Shown: in pieces, positions 6,911 to 15,259 of the stretch | Numbering within the stretch: the stretch's first letter is position 1 | Layout: the number at the start of each line of letters is the position of its first letter | IMG/VR virus record: IMGVR_UViG_3300008111_000024 | DNA: 64,000 bases | Reading direction: 5' to 3' (one strand) | Origin: an uncultured virus (IMG/VR IMGVR_UViG_3300008111_000024) | Lineage: Duplodnaviria; Heunggongvirae; Uroviricota; Caudoviricetes | Notes under the pieces: model-generated | What the model saw: the letters and a program-made list of their open reading frames with translations, nothing else | The model's database searches: none | Told to the model about the DNA's origin: nothing | Program-made: the position numbers and the translations under genes

Positions 6911-7864
6911 TTATTTACTTATTAGGTCAAAGATAGTGATTTTTTTGTAAGGTTTGTTAGGAACAATGTGAATTTTTTTAATTTTTTTAGATAACTCAAT
7001 AGGGTCTTGGTTTTTCTCAAGATATTCTTTAATCAATGATTGTAATGGTCCTGATAAACTATTGTCAATATTAGTATGAATACACTTTGAAACCGCATAA
7101 TTTACCACTTTAGTTTTTTGTTTATCAATAGGGTAGGCATTACCACCTGACAATAATTTCTCTTGGAACTTATCAATATCTCTAACGTAATAGTTCAAAC
7201 AAACCTTAACGTTAGATGGTATCATACAATCTAAAACTAATGTTTCTTCGGCTCGTCTTGTTTTGTCTTTATATTGAGGGTCAATTGTGATTAATAAATC
7301 AATATTAATGTTTAATGTTTTTAATTTCTCACACGCCTTTATCAGATTATAAGAACCAAGACTATGACCTAACAATACCACTTTTCCGTTAGGATTTAAC
7401 TGTTTGAAATAGTAAACCTCTTGTATAATATCTTCAGTTGTTAATAGTAAATTATGGGTACCTGTGTATGTCGATACGTGAGTACTGTCGTTAAAATATT
7501 TTTTATTAATTTCACCTAACCCTGGAATATCCCTACTATTATGATTATCAACCATTGTTTTGTTTTTAGTTAAAACATCTTCGTGTGGACTTACAAAAGT
7601 TCCCTGAGCAACAATCACTAAATTAGTTTCACCCTTCTTAAGATAGTTCATATCATAAGGAGTCAACTCAACTTTATTGGTATAATAAGTTAATTTAATT
7701 TCGTGAATTGTTATTAAAAACCCTAAAAGACCAAGAAAAAATAATGGAATTGATTTTAATTTTAGTTTTGTAACTTTAATTAAGAATATAAATAATATTA
7801 ATGTCGCTAATACATTGAATATTAGTTGAGAGTGTACTAGAAAGGATGATATAATTTCCGTCAT
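6911..7864 (-). CDS. Membrane-anchored alpha/beta hydrolase
   Basis: Two N-terminal TM helices; LLGHSLG nucleophile elbow; LLITIDP; late His. Confidence 0.75.
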   Translation of the reverse strand: MTEIISSFLVHSQLIFNVLATLILFIFLIKVTKLKLKSIPLFFLGLLGFLITIHEIKLTYYTNKVELTPYDMNYLKKGETNLVIVAQGTFVSPHEDVLTKNKTMVDNHNSRDIPGLGEINKKYFNDSTHVSTYTGTHNLLLTTEDIIQEVYYFKQLNPNGKVVLLGHSLGSYNLIKACEKLKTLNINIDLLITIDPQYKDKTRRAEETLVLDCMIPSNVKVCLNYYVRDIDKFQEKLLSGGNAYPIDKQKTKVVNYAVSKCIHTNIDNSLSGPLQSLIKEYLEKNQDPIELSKKIKKIHIVPNKPYKKITIFDLISK

Positions 7865-7938
7865 AATTGTTTTTTATTTTAATGATAATAAAAAACCTCG
7901 TTAAATAAATTATGGAAATGAATTTGTTTTAAGATTTG

Positions 7939-8012
7939 TAGTGACGATGGGACTTGAACCCATAACCTTGACCGTATAAGAGTCCTGCGCTCACCGATTG
8001 CGCCACGTCACT
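7939..8012 (-). tRNA. tRNA-Ile(UAU)
   Basis: Acceptor AGTGACG/CGTCACT, loop CTTATAC, T-loop TTCAAGT. Confidence 0.85.
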
Positions 8013-8017
8013 ATATG

Positions 8018-8091
8018 TGGTCCCTGTAGGGCTCGAACCTACGACCCCCTGATTATGAGTCAGATGCTCTAACCGACTGAGCTAAGGGACC
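8018..8091 (-). tRNA. tRNA with CAU anticodon, probably Ile2 (lysidine type)
   Basis: TCTGA-CTCATAA-TCAGG; acceptor GGTCCCT with C4-G69/C5-G68 resembling Ile2 tRNAs. Confidence 0.8.
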
Positions 8092-8100
8092 GAAAAAAAA

Positions 8101-8201
8101 GTAGTCAGAGGTTGGTGGGAATATGACCTAGGGGCTAGCACCCGTTCCCCAATAATCGGTTGGACACCGATTGCCCAAATTAGGTACACCAACTTGACTA
8201 C
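8101..8201. ncRNA. Unassigned ~100-nt RNA with long bulged terminal stem
   Basis: GTAGTCA..GTTGGTG / CACCAAC..TGACTAC; internal hairpins AATCGGT/ACCGATT and CCTA/TAGG. Confidence 0.55.
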
Positions 8202-8208
8202 AGATACC

Positions 8209-8379
8209 TTAGAACAGTATTAAATCTCCGTGGCAGTTATCCCACTCATCAATCCAATTTAAACTTGGTCCGATATTAATATTATCAGTATCAAATTTCT
8301 CAACTTGAATACCTTGTTCTTCGGTCTTAACTTCTTCAGTTATATTTTTATTTTCGTTTGGGTCAAATACATAGTACAT
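8209..8379 (-). CDS. Small acidic hypothetical protein (56 aa)
   Basis: Hand-translated MYYVFDPNENK...WDNCHGDLILF. Confidence 0.6.
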   Translation of the reverse strand: MYYVFDPNENKNITEEVKTEEQGIQVEKFDTDNINIGPSLNWIDEWDNCHGDLILF

Positions 8380-8400
8380 AATTTAAGAGTGGGTTTTTTG

Positions 8401-8474
8401 AGCCTCCAGTCGGAATCGAACCAACGACCTACTGATTACAAATCAGTCGCTCTGACCTGCTGAGCTATGGAGGC
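8401..8474 (-). tRNA. tRNA-Thr(UGU)
   Basis: Anticodon arm ACTGA-TTTGTAA-TCAGT. Confidence 0.95.
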
Positions 8475-8487
8475 AATTACCATATAA

Positions 8488-8772
8488 TTATTTAACTTTT
8501 TTATATATGTACGTTATGGTATCACCAATTTTGTAAATATCTGACCTGTCTGTCGAAAATTTTTCACCACAGTCGGTTTTGTAGTAATATTTGGGTGTTA
8601 ATTCATTAATTGCAACAGGTTGTTTAACCCAAGCACTATCAATTACACACTTAACCACCTTATCACCAGGTTCAATTCGGTTACGATTTTCACATCCTGA
8701 TAGTAAGAATGCAACAAAACTAATAAGTACAAACCAAAGGATTGCTAATAAGATAGGAGTATTTTTTTTCAT
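8488..8772 (-). CDS. Putative lipoprotein
   Basis: Hydrophobic signal with LSGC lipobox; TAAATTTG-N4-ATG. Confidence 0.8.
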   Translation of the reverse strand: MKKNTPILLAILWFVLISFVAFLLSGCENRNRIEPGDKVVKCVIDSAWVKQPVAINELTPKYYYKTDCGEKFSTDRSDIYKIGDTITYIYKKVK

Positions 8773-8795
8773 AGTGCAAATTTATGTCAGTTTTT

Positions 8796-9044
8796 CTAAT
8801 ATACCAAATATTTCATTGAATTTTTCTTAATCCATTCAGGGTCGTATTTAAATTCTTTCCAATTATCAAAATCTTTCAAATCTTCCAAGACTTCAATTGG
8901 AACTAAAGTAAAACCTTCAGGTGCAATACCATCAAATTTATGGTAAGCCGCGTATTCAATTTTTTCTTTAATCATTTCACAAAATAAATCATCCTTAATG
9001 AACTCATTATGTTCTTGTTCTAAAATTTCGTCTTTACTATTCAT
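8796..9044 (-). CDS. Hypothetical protein (start revised to MNSKDE)
   Basis: Upstream part of the track ORF overlaps tRNA-Arg. Confidence 0.7.
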   Translation of the reverse strand: MNSKDEILEQEHNEFIKDDLFCEMIKEKIEYAAYHKFDGIAPEGFTLVPIEVLEDLKDFDNWKEFKYDPEWIKKNSMKYLVY

Positions 9045-9058
9045 AATTAAAAGATAAG

Positions 9059-9132
9059 TGACCTTGGAAGGATTCGAACCTTCGACCCACAACTTAGAAG
9101 GTTGTTGCTCTATCCATCTGAGCTACAAGGCC
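9059..9132 (-). tRNA. tRNA-Arg(UCU)
   Basis: Anticodon arm ACAAC-CTTCTAA-GTTGT. Confidence 0.95.
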
Positions 9133-9138
9133 ATATGT

Positions 9139-9315
9139 TTAAAGTTTTTTAACAATATATTTATGACCTGAATCTGAATTGGTTTCAAAAACGATTCTCA
9201 TTTTATCCGCTTCTTCCATAGTATCAAACTCCCATATTTCGTTTTGAGAATTTAATATGATTACAGGTAACTCAATACCATTTAAATTTTTGATGATTTT
9301 TACAATGACCCACAT
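9139..9315 (-). CDS. Small hypothetical protein (58 aa, MWVIVKIIKNLNG...)
   Basis: Hand-translated; upstream TATCTTTG. Confidence 0.65.
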   Translation of the reverse strand: MWVIVKIIKNLNGIELPVIILNSQNEIWEFDTMEEADKMRIVFETNSDSGHKYIVKKL

Positions 9316-9363
9316 AAAGTATTCAATTTCTTACAACAAAGATACTAATTAATTTTGAATTAA

Positions 9364-9522
9364 TCAAACAACCCCAAGTAAAATTAGTGATTTATGAATT
9401 AACAATAACATCAATATAAAAATCCCAAAAATAATCACATAACCAAAAACTTTATTATTAGTGGTTACTTGTTTCTCTGAACGACCTTGCCATTCATCAA
9501 AATTCCATTCATCATTTTCCAT
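9364..9522 (-). CDS. Small single-pass membrane protein (52 aa, MENDEWNFDEWQGRSEKQ...)
   Basis: Hand-translated; C-terminal hydrophobic helix. Confidence 0.65.
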   Translation of the reverse strand: MENDEWNFDEWQGRSEKQVTTNNKVFGYVIIFGIFILMLLLIHKSLILLGVV

Positions 9523-9551
9523 ATTAATAAGTATGTACTAATTTATTTGTG

Positions 9552-9623
9552 CGGTCTATGAGGGAATCGAACCCTCCTCACTACCGTGACAGGGTAGCAT
9601 CCTAGCCGATGAACGAATAGACC
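9552..9623 (-). tRNA. tRNA-Asp(GUC)
   Basis: Anticodon arm CTACC-CTGTCAC-GGTAG, G73. Confidence 0.95.
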
Positions 9624-9631
9624 AAAGTTTG

Positions 9632-9704
9632 CGGTCCCGACGGGATTCGAACCCGTACCTCGCACCGTGACAGGGTGGAATTGTAACCATTCAACCACGG
9701 GACC
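9632..9704 (-). tRNA. tRNA-Asp(GUC), divergent second copy
   Basis: CACC-CTGTCAC-GGTG, G73. Confidence 0.92.
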
Positions 9705-9709
9705 TTTTG

Positions 9710-9781
9710 AGCGAATAGACAGAATCGAACTGTCGTCTCCAACTTGGAAGGATGGAGTAATAACCACTATACGATATTCGC
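9710..9781 (-). tRNA. tRNA-Gly(UCC)
   Basis: Loop CTTCCAA, GCG acceptor, U73. Confidence 0.92.
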
Positions 9782-9790
9782 TTATTATTG

Positions 9791-9862
9791 AGCGGTAAGG
9801 CAGAATCGAACTGCCATCTGAGCCTTGGCAAGGCCCTGTAATAACCGTTATACGATTACCGC
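9791..9862 (-). tRNA. tRNA-Gly(GCC)
   Basis: Loop TTGCCAA, GCG acceptor, U73. Confidence 0.93.
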
Positions 9863-9946
9863 ATTTAGATGAGTCGTGGACTTGTGTACCACTTTTGTCC
9901 CCCTTTAGCTAGCCACTAACCTGAAGGTGTGGGGACCCCCATTTTA

Positions 9947-10210
9947 TTACGAATATTTTTTCGCGATATTTGCAATTGTTTCTTCCTCTTCCTTACTCAT
10001 TCTATGGTAAGAATTTGCTAAAACATCACAATAATCTCTATGAGTTTCCTCAATTAACGAATATTGTGGTGGTTTACCTATTCCTTTACTATTTTTTGTT
10101 AAGTAACCTCTATCGATTAAATCATCAATTAAATCATTAATCTCACTTTTGGAACATTCATCAATAAATTCAAAAACGTCCACATCAACATAAGTGCTAA
10201 ATTCTGGCAT
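9947..10210 (-). CDS. Hypothetical protein
   Basis: 87-aa ORF with A-rich leader, inside operon 2. Confidence 0.75.
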   Translation of the reverse strand: MPEFSTYVDVDVFEFIDECSKSEINDLIDDLIDRGYLTKNSKGIGKPPQYSLIEETHRDYCDVLANSYHRMSKEEEETIANIAKKYS

Positions 10211-10232
10211 AATAATTTTTTTTTAAGTTTTG

Positions 10233-10304
10233 TAGTCCGTGCGGGAATCGAACCCGCCTTTTATCCGTGAAAGGGATATGTCCTAACCGATAGACGAACG
10301 GACC
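10233..10304 (-). tRNA. tRNA-Glu(UUC)
   Basis: Anticodon arm TATCC-CTTTCAC-GGATA. Confidence 0.95.
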
Positions 10305-10321
10305 ATTTTTAAATCTTTTTA

Positions 10322-10352
10322 CAAAGATACAACCAATATTTCAAAGAACAAA
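10322..10352 (-). promoter_or_regulatory. Host-type promoter overlapping a boxA-like site
   Basis: TTTG-N19-TATCTTTG; TGTTCTTTGA(AATATTGG) at 10350-10341. Confidence 0.65.
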
Positions 10353-10366
10353 ATTTTTAATACTAT

Positions 10367-10401
10367 AAAAACAAAAAACCCATCTCTTTTGGAGATGGGT
10401 T
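10367..10401 (-). terminator. Attenuator terminator of tRNA operon 2
   Basis: AACCCATCTC-caaaa-GAGATGGGTT plus U-tract; CCATCTCCA is complementary to TGGAGATGG at the end of the leader ORF. Confidence 0.88.
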
Positions 10402-10425
10402 CAGTGAATTCATAGTATAGGAATA

Positions 10426-10500
10426 TCACACCATCTCCATTGGAGTAGTCGCTTCAGTTCTATCTGTCCCGCCTATTAGTATGATATGTGTAGTTTTCAT
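10426..10500 (-). CDS. Leader peptide 2 (24 aa, MKTTHIILIGGTDRTEATTPMEMV)
   Basis: Codons ATA CTA ATA GGC GGG ACA GAT AGA ACT GAA match operon 2 anticodons; not in ORF track. Confidence 0.85.
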   Translation of the reverse strand: MKTTHIILIGGTDRTEATTPMEMV

Positions 10501-10561
10501 TTGCAGTTTTATTTGTTTTTAATTAAATATATGGGTATAACGTAAAAAGTCAAATTTTATT

Positions 10562-12379
10562 TTAAAAATTAAATCCAAGTTTACCTTTTAATGGTTTTAT
10601 TTTAGGTTCTGTGACAGTTTTAGTTGGTTTTTCGATTGGTTTTGTTTCAGAACGTCGATTAATTATTGCATCTTTATTAACATTTGGGTCTACTTGTCGA
10701 ACAACTTTAGTATTGGACCTTACCAAAGATAATACAGTTTCTCTAACGTTATTGTTTGAAATATTAGTTTCTTCTAATTTAAATTCAGTCACAGGTTCTG
10801 GTTTAACCGTTTTCTCTTCAACAGGTTTAACATACTTTTTAACCTCAGGTATTCTTGATTCAACAACTCTAACCGCAGTAGTGTTATCTAATTTTTTAAT
10901 AACCTCATCAACTTGAGTATTTGGTTTATTATCAACTTTTGGTATTTCTTTAATGGTTGTTAATTGATTTGCGACTGTGACATCGGTAAAGTCTAAATTA
11001 TTATATATTAAAACAAATTCGGAAGTTATTAATTCATCTAAAGGACCAAAATTAGTTTTTTGTCTTGATAATTCTACGTAATGTTTTCTTAAAGAAGAAC
11101 CGTAATTAGTTTTAACATCGCTAGTCAAACCTTTACTGTGAATTCTTCTATAAAAAAGAATTTCTTTACCCAAAGAAGTTCTAACTCCGTTTTTTTGAAT
11201 TCTCGCCATAAAGTCAGAATCCGCCGCACATCTCCATCCCTCAAAACCATTAAACCTTAAAAATGCTTCTTTCTTAATTCCAAAAACACCTTCACCCCAT
11301 AGTCTTGAACTTTCTTTATATTTCGGGTCGGACTCATTAATTTCACCATAAAAATTATGAAACATTGGTTTAACACATTCGTAGTTAGTTAAATCTTTAA
11401 TAATTTCTTTAACCATATCTTTTTTCATAATATCATCGGAATCAAAAAATATGATGTTTTCTGATTTCACCCTTTTAGATAATGTGTTTTTTATAATGTA
11501 TGGACCAACATTTTCGTTGAAATAAAAAAACTGAACTGAGGGGTTAAATTTATTAGTTTTTACAAACTCTAAGGTTTCTTCACAATTATCAATTCCGACT
11601 AATATTTCAAAATTATTTATTTCTTTACAAGAATTAACTATTGAATCTAAACATTCCTTAAGGTATTCAACTGTGTTAAACGTTGGTACTATTATTGATA
11701 CAGTTTTATTTGTAAAACTATTATTAGTAATTACGGTTTGTTTTAAATCTGATTTGAATTCGTTTTCATATATTGATTCATTTATTTTTTGTTGGGTAAC
11801 AAATCCTGAATTATGTTTTACGCAGATAATATCAATATTATTTTCATTAGAATACTTTCCAATCCAAACGTCCGCCATATTAGGTTCTCTAAAATAATCC
11901 ATACCTATTTTAAACAAATCCGTATGAAATGCCATTACTCCTGTCCCTCCAAATTGAACCTTAATGTCGTTAGGGTTGATTGAGTTAAAATGATTAACAA
12001 TTGAATGTCTCCCATAAAAATTTTTTATAGGGAACGACTCAAAACTTCTAGAGTGTAAGGTCACAATAGACTTTCTTTTATATTCTTCAATTTTACCAAT
12101 CATATAGTCAGTATAATTTTCAGGATATATTAAATCGTCATCTATAGTAAAGAAATAACCTTCAGAATCCATTAACTTATAAAATTTATAAGCATCTCCT
12201 TTGTCATTATCCGTGATGAATAGATTTATTTTTTTATCATATAATTCTACGGGAATTTCATCATAATCATTAAGTGCTAAATTAATAACATCACATTGAT
12301 TATAAATTGACTTGATTGTATTAATTAGGGTATCCTCCCTTTTATAGCTGGTGATGTTATATATTACACGATTCTTCAT
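10562..12379 (-). CDS. Two-domain glycosyltransferase (GT-A plus GT2) with low-complexity tail
   Basis: FTIDDDLIYP; VSIIVPTFN...IIFFDSDD. Confidence 0.88.
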   Translation of the reverse strand: MKNRVIYNITSYKREDTLINTIKSIYNQCDVINLALNDYDEIPVELYDKKINLFITDNDKGDAYKFYKLMDSEGYFFTIDDDLIYPENYTDYMIGKIEEYKRKSIVTLHSRSFESFPIKNFYGRHSIVNHFNSINPNDIKVQFGGTGVMAFHTDLFKIGMDYFREPNMADVWIGKYSNENNIDIICVKHNSGFVTQQKINESIYENEFKSDLKQTVITNNSFTNKTVSIIVPTFNTVEYLKECLDSIVNSCKEINNFEILVGIDNCEETLEFVKTNKFNPSVQFFYFNENVGPYIIKNTLSKRVKSENIIFFDSDDIMKKDMVKEIIKDLTNYECVKPMFHNFYGEINESDPKYKESSRLWGEGVFGIKKEAFLRFNGFEGWRCAADSDFMARIQKNGVRTSLGKEILFYRRIHSKGLTSDVKTNYGSSLRKHYVELSRQKTNFGPLDELITSEFVLIYNNLDFTDVTVANQLTTIKEIPKVDNKPNTQVDEVIKKLDNTTAVRVVESRIPEVKKYVKPVEEKTVKPEPVTEFKLEETNISNNNVRETVLSLVRSNTKVVRQVDPNVNKDAIINRRSETKPIEKPTKTVTEPKIKPLKGKLGFNF

Positions 12380-13083
12380 TATTTCGCAATTAATTTTTCA
12401 TTTCTTCTAAGTTCAGGTAATATTACAGACTCGTGGTCACCGTGAGTTGTTAACGTATTAATAACGTGATACATATTAAACCCATTCTCAAATAATCTAA
12501 GACTAATTTGTTGACCGACTCCACTACTAATATTTGGGTTTTTATCCCATCTTGACGCTGGTATTGGATTAAGTTTAAAATCTAAAACTTCAAAAAATTT
12601 ATATTCACACATAAAAACTAACTCACACCATTGTGTTTTATAATATTCATCATACTCTATTGGGTAAACTCCTGTCCATTTAGGGGTGTTTCTTTGGGAA
12701 TCAATCATTAATGTTCCTAAACTGATTTTATTATCGTCAGGTATACTTTCAAAAATCCTAACACTTTCTTGAAAGAAATTTTCTTTTAATCTCAAATCGT
12801 CTTGGAAATAAAAGTAATATTTTGCATCTATTTTTTGACTAAACTTAAATGTATCGCTTATCACTCTCCAAAGATTTTTTAACCCATTATTTTTTACATA
12901 TTTAATATATTTTACATCATACTCACTTAAATCGTAAGTATGTTTACTCCCATCGTCGAATACGACCACAAACATATTATATTCGGTGTATTTAAAAATA
13001 TCGTCCAATAATTGTTTTAGCATATCCTCTCTTTCATATGTTGTTATAACAATACAAAAATCATATTTTTCACCACTCTTCAT
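12379..13083 (-). CDS. GT2-like glycosyltransferase
   Basis: IVITTYER, VVVFDDGS, FQDD. Confidence 0.85.
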   Translation of the reverse strand: MKSGEKYDFCIVITTYEREDMLKQLLDDIFKYTEYNMFVVVFDDGSKHTYDLSEYDVKYIKYVKNNGLKNLWRVISDTFKFSQKIDAKYYFYFQDDLRLKENFFQESVRIFESIPDDNKISLGTLMIDSQRNTPKWTGVYPIEYDEYYKTQWCELVFMCEYKFFEVLDFKLNPIPASRWDKNPNISSGVGQQISLRLFENGFNMYHVINTLTTHGDHESVILPELRRNEKLIAK

Positions 13084-13568
13084 TAAAATAATATTGTAAA
13101 TATTTTGTCTTCACAACCCACTGATAAGGTTATTTTTTTATCTAGTTTTTCTGATAAGAATATTGACATATTTCTATCATTTTCTCTATTAGTGTCATCA
13201 ATAATTATAGGTATGTTTTGTTTAAACATTTCATAGTGATTAATAATATTAATTCTATTTTCTCCAACAGGTCCGTCAACAAGTAATAAATCATAATGTT
13301 TTGGTAATTTATTTTTTAATATTTCTACATCATACCAACCATCAATTAAAGGTGCATAGATATAGTTTGACTCAGGTACTAAACCAAGCCATTTTTCGTC
13401 GTGTTCAATACTATAAACATTATAATATTTTACTAATTCTTTGGTACCGTTACCGCTACCTAATTCAAGGATTGTACTACCTTTTGGTAAGTTTTCTAAA
13501 ATCCACTCAAAAAGTTCTTTTGAAATTGCCCATCCACCGAATGATTCGTAGTTCACATCACTATTCAT
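13083..13568 (-). CDS. Class I SAM-dependent methyltransferase-like protein
   Basis: ILELGSGNGT, SIEHD, LLLVDGP, IIIDD. Confidence 0.85.
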   Translation of the reverse strand: MNSDVNYESFGGWAISKELFEWILENLPKGSTILELGSGNGTKELVKYYNVYSIEHDEKWLGLVPESNYIYAPLIDGWYDVEILKNKLPKHYDLLLVDGPVGENRINIINHYEMFKQNIPIIIDDTNRENDRNMSIFLSEKLDKKITLSVGCEDKIFTILF

Positions 13569-13621
13569 TTAATTTTAATTCTTAGTATAATTATAATTAT
13601 AATTATTTGTAAATCTATAAT

Positions 13622-14452
13622 ATGAAAAAAACAGTAGGAGTAATAGGTAATGGGTTTGTTGGTGAAAGTATTTCATTTGCATTCAGTCCAACCTCAGATG
13701 TTAAAGTATACGATATTAACCCATTAAAAAGTTTAAATACTTTAGATGAGGTTATGAATCAAGAATTTATTTTTGTTTGTTTACCAACACCAATGAATAT
13801 TGATGGTACTCAAGATATCTCGTATATTGAGAATTTTTTTGGTAATATCATTTATGATGAAAAAAGAATTTTCATTATAAAATCAACAGTACTTCCAGGT
13901 ACTACAGAATCTTTAATTGAGAAGTACGGTCATAACATTGTATTCTCACCTGAATTTTTAACTGAAAGGACTGCAAAGCTTGATATGTTAACACAAGCTA
14001 GAATTATAATTGGTGGTGATGAAAACTTAACCAAAAAAGTTGAGGGTCTGTTTAATGACAGGTTTATGAATAGACATATAATTCATACTGATTCCAAAAC
14101 TGCTGAATTTGTAAAATATATGAATAATACTTTTTTTGCTGCAAAAGTTAGTTTAATGAACGAATATTATAGACTTTCTAAATTAATTGGTGTAGATTGG
14201 GAAAAAGCGTTATACGGGTTTGCTTCTGATGGCAGAATTGGTGATTCTCATTTACACGTTCCAGGTCCTGACGGCAAGTTAGGTTTTGGAGGTACTTGTT
14301 TTCCAAAAGATATTAATGCGTTAATAACTATGGCATCTGAAGTAGGTTGTAATATGAACATTTTAGAAGCCGCTTGGAAAACTAATTTAGAAGTTAGACC
14401 TGAACAAGATTGGAAAGAATTAAAAGGTAGGGCAGTTTCTGAAAAACAATAA
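13622..14452 (+). CDS. UDP-glucose/GDP-mannose dehydrogenase family (short phage form)
   Basis: GVIGNGFVG, KSTVLPGT, FSPEFL, GFGGTCFPKD. Confidence 0.92.
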   Translation: MKKTVGVIGNGFVGESISFAFSPTSDVKVYDINPLKSLNTLDEVMNQEFIFVCLPTPMNIDGTQDISYIENFFGNIIYDEKRIFIIKSTVLPGTTESLIEKYGHNIVFSPEFLTERTAKLDMLTQARIIIGGDENLTKKVEGLFNDRFMNRHIIHTDSKTAEFVKYMNNTFFAAKVSLMNEYYRLSKLIGVDWEKALYGFASDGRIGDSHLHVPGPDGKLGFGGTCFPKDINALITMASEVGCNMNILEAAWKTNLEVRPEQDWKELKGRAVSEKQ

Positions 14453-14476
14453 TATTTATAAATAAAGAAAATCGTG

Positions 14477-14584
14477 ATGAATATGAAATCATTAAATATG
14501 GGTCTTTTAGTACAGGATAATATTACGTCGGCACTGTTATGTGTTCGAGGAGTGACCTTACGCGATTTAGATAAACAAAACTAA
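14477..14584 (+). CDS. Leader peptide 3 (35 aa, Leu-rich, MNMKSLNMGLLVQDNITSALLCVRGVTLRDLDKQN)
   Basis: After TATTTAT motif at 14453; 7 Leu codons; contains antiterminator GTGACCTT; not in ORF track. Confidence 0.75.
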   Translation: MNMKSLNMGLLVQDNITSALLCVRGVTLRDLDKQN

Positions 14585-14613
14585 AATTGAACAAAAAACT
14601 AAAACGTATAAAG

Positions 14614-14647
14614 AAAGGTCACAAGAAATTGTGACCTTTTTTGTTTT
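14614..14647 (+). terminator. Attenuator terminator upstream of the HNH / tRNA-Leu / clpP unit
   Basis: AAAGGTCACAA-gaaa-TTGTGACCTTT plus U-tract; AAGGTCAC is complementary to 14552-14559. Confidence 0.85.
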
Positions 14648-14678
14648 AATGAAAAAAAATTATTAAATTTGCCAAGAT

Positions 14679-15182
14679 ATGGAAAGAGTATTAGTGTTAA
14701 ATGCAGATTATACCCCGTTAAACGTGACATCCTCACAAAAAGGATTTAAACTAGTTTTCAAGGGTAAAGCGGAAATCGTTAAGAGTTCCGAAAGTCCTAT
14801 TATTGCAGGATACCAAAACTTTGTACGTCCATTAATTATACGTTTGTTTAAATACGTAAAATTTAGGGTTAGGAATATTCGGGTTAACAGACATAGAATA
14901 TATCGGAGAGATGGTGGAGAGTGTGTTTATTGTGGTTCAACTAAACAGTTAACCTTAGACCACGTTATTCCTAAATCTAAAGGAGGTTCAAACGAATGGA
15001 CTAACCTTGTAACTTGTTGTCATAAATGTAACCTACATAAAGCTGATAGAACACCTCAAGAGGCAGGTATGACTCTACGTAAAAAACCGTATGAACCATC
15101 ATTGTTTATTGACGTGGTAAATAATTCTTTGGAAAGGGTATGGGAAGATTACAAAAATTCATTCGGGGTGTTGACAGTTTAA
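14679..15182 (+). CDS. HNH endonuclease (McrA-like family)
   Basis: VLVLNADYTPL; RDGGECVYCG...TLDHVIPKSKGG...NLVTCCHKCN. Confidence 0.9.
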   Translation: MERVLVLNADYTPLNVTSSQKGFKLVFKGKAEIVKSSESPIIAGYQNFVRPLIIRLFKYVKFRVRNIRVNRHRIYRRDGGECVYCGSTKQLTLDHVIPKSKGGSNEWTNLVTCCHKCNLHKADRTPQEAGMTLRKKPYEPSLFIDVVNNSLERVWEDYKNSFGVLTV

Positions 15183-15259
15183 AAAATACGCCGTACATTT
15201 GTACTGTTCTTTGATATACGAAACGCTCGGGTGGTGGAATAGGTAGACACGTCAGACTT

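Noticed and set aside
9543..9767. Track ORF of 74 aa
   Set aside because: Lies across the Asp, Asp and Gly tRNA genes.
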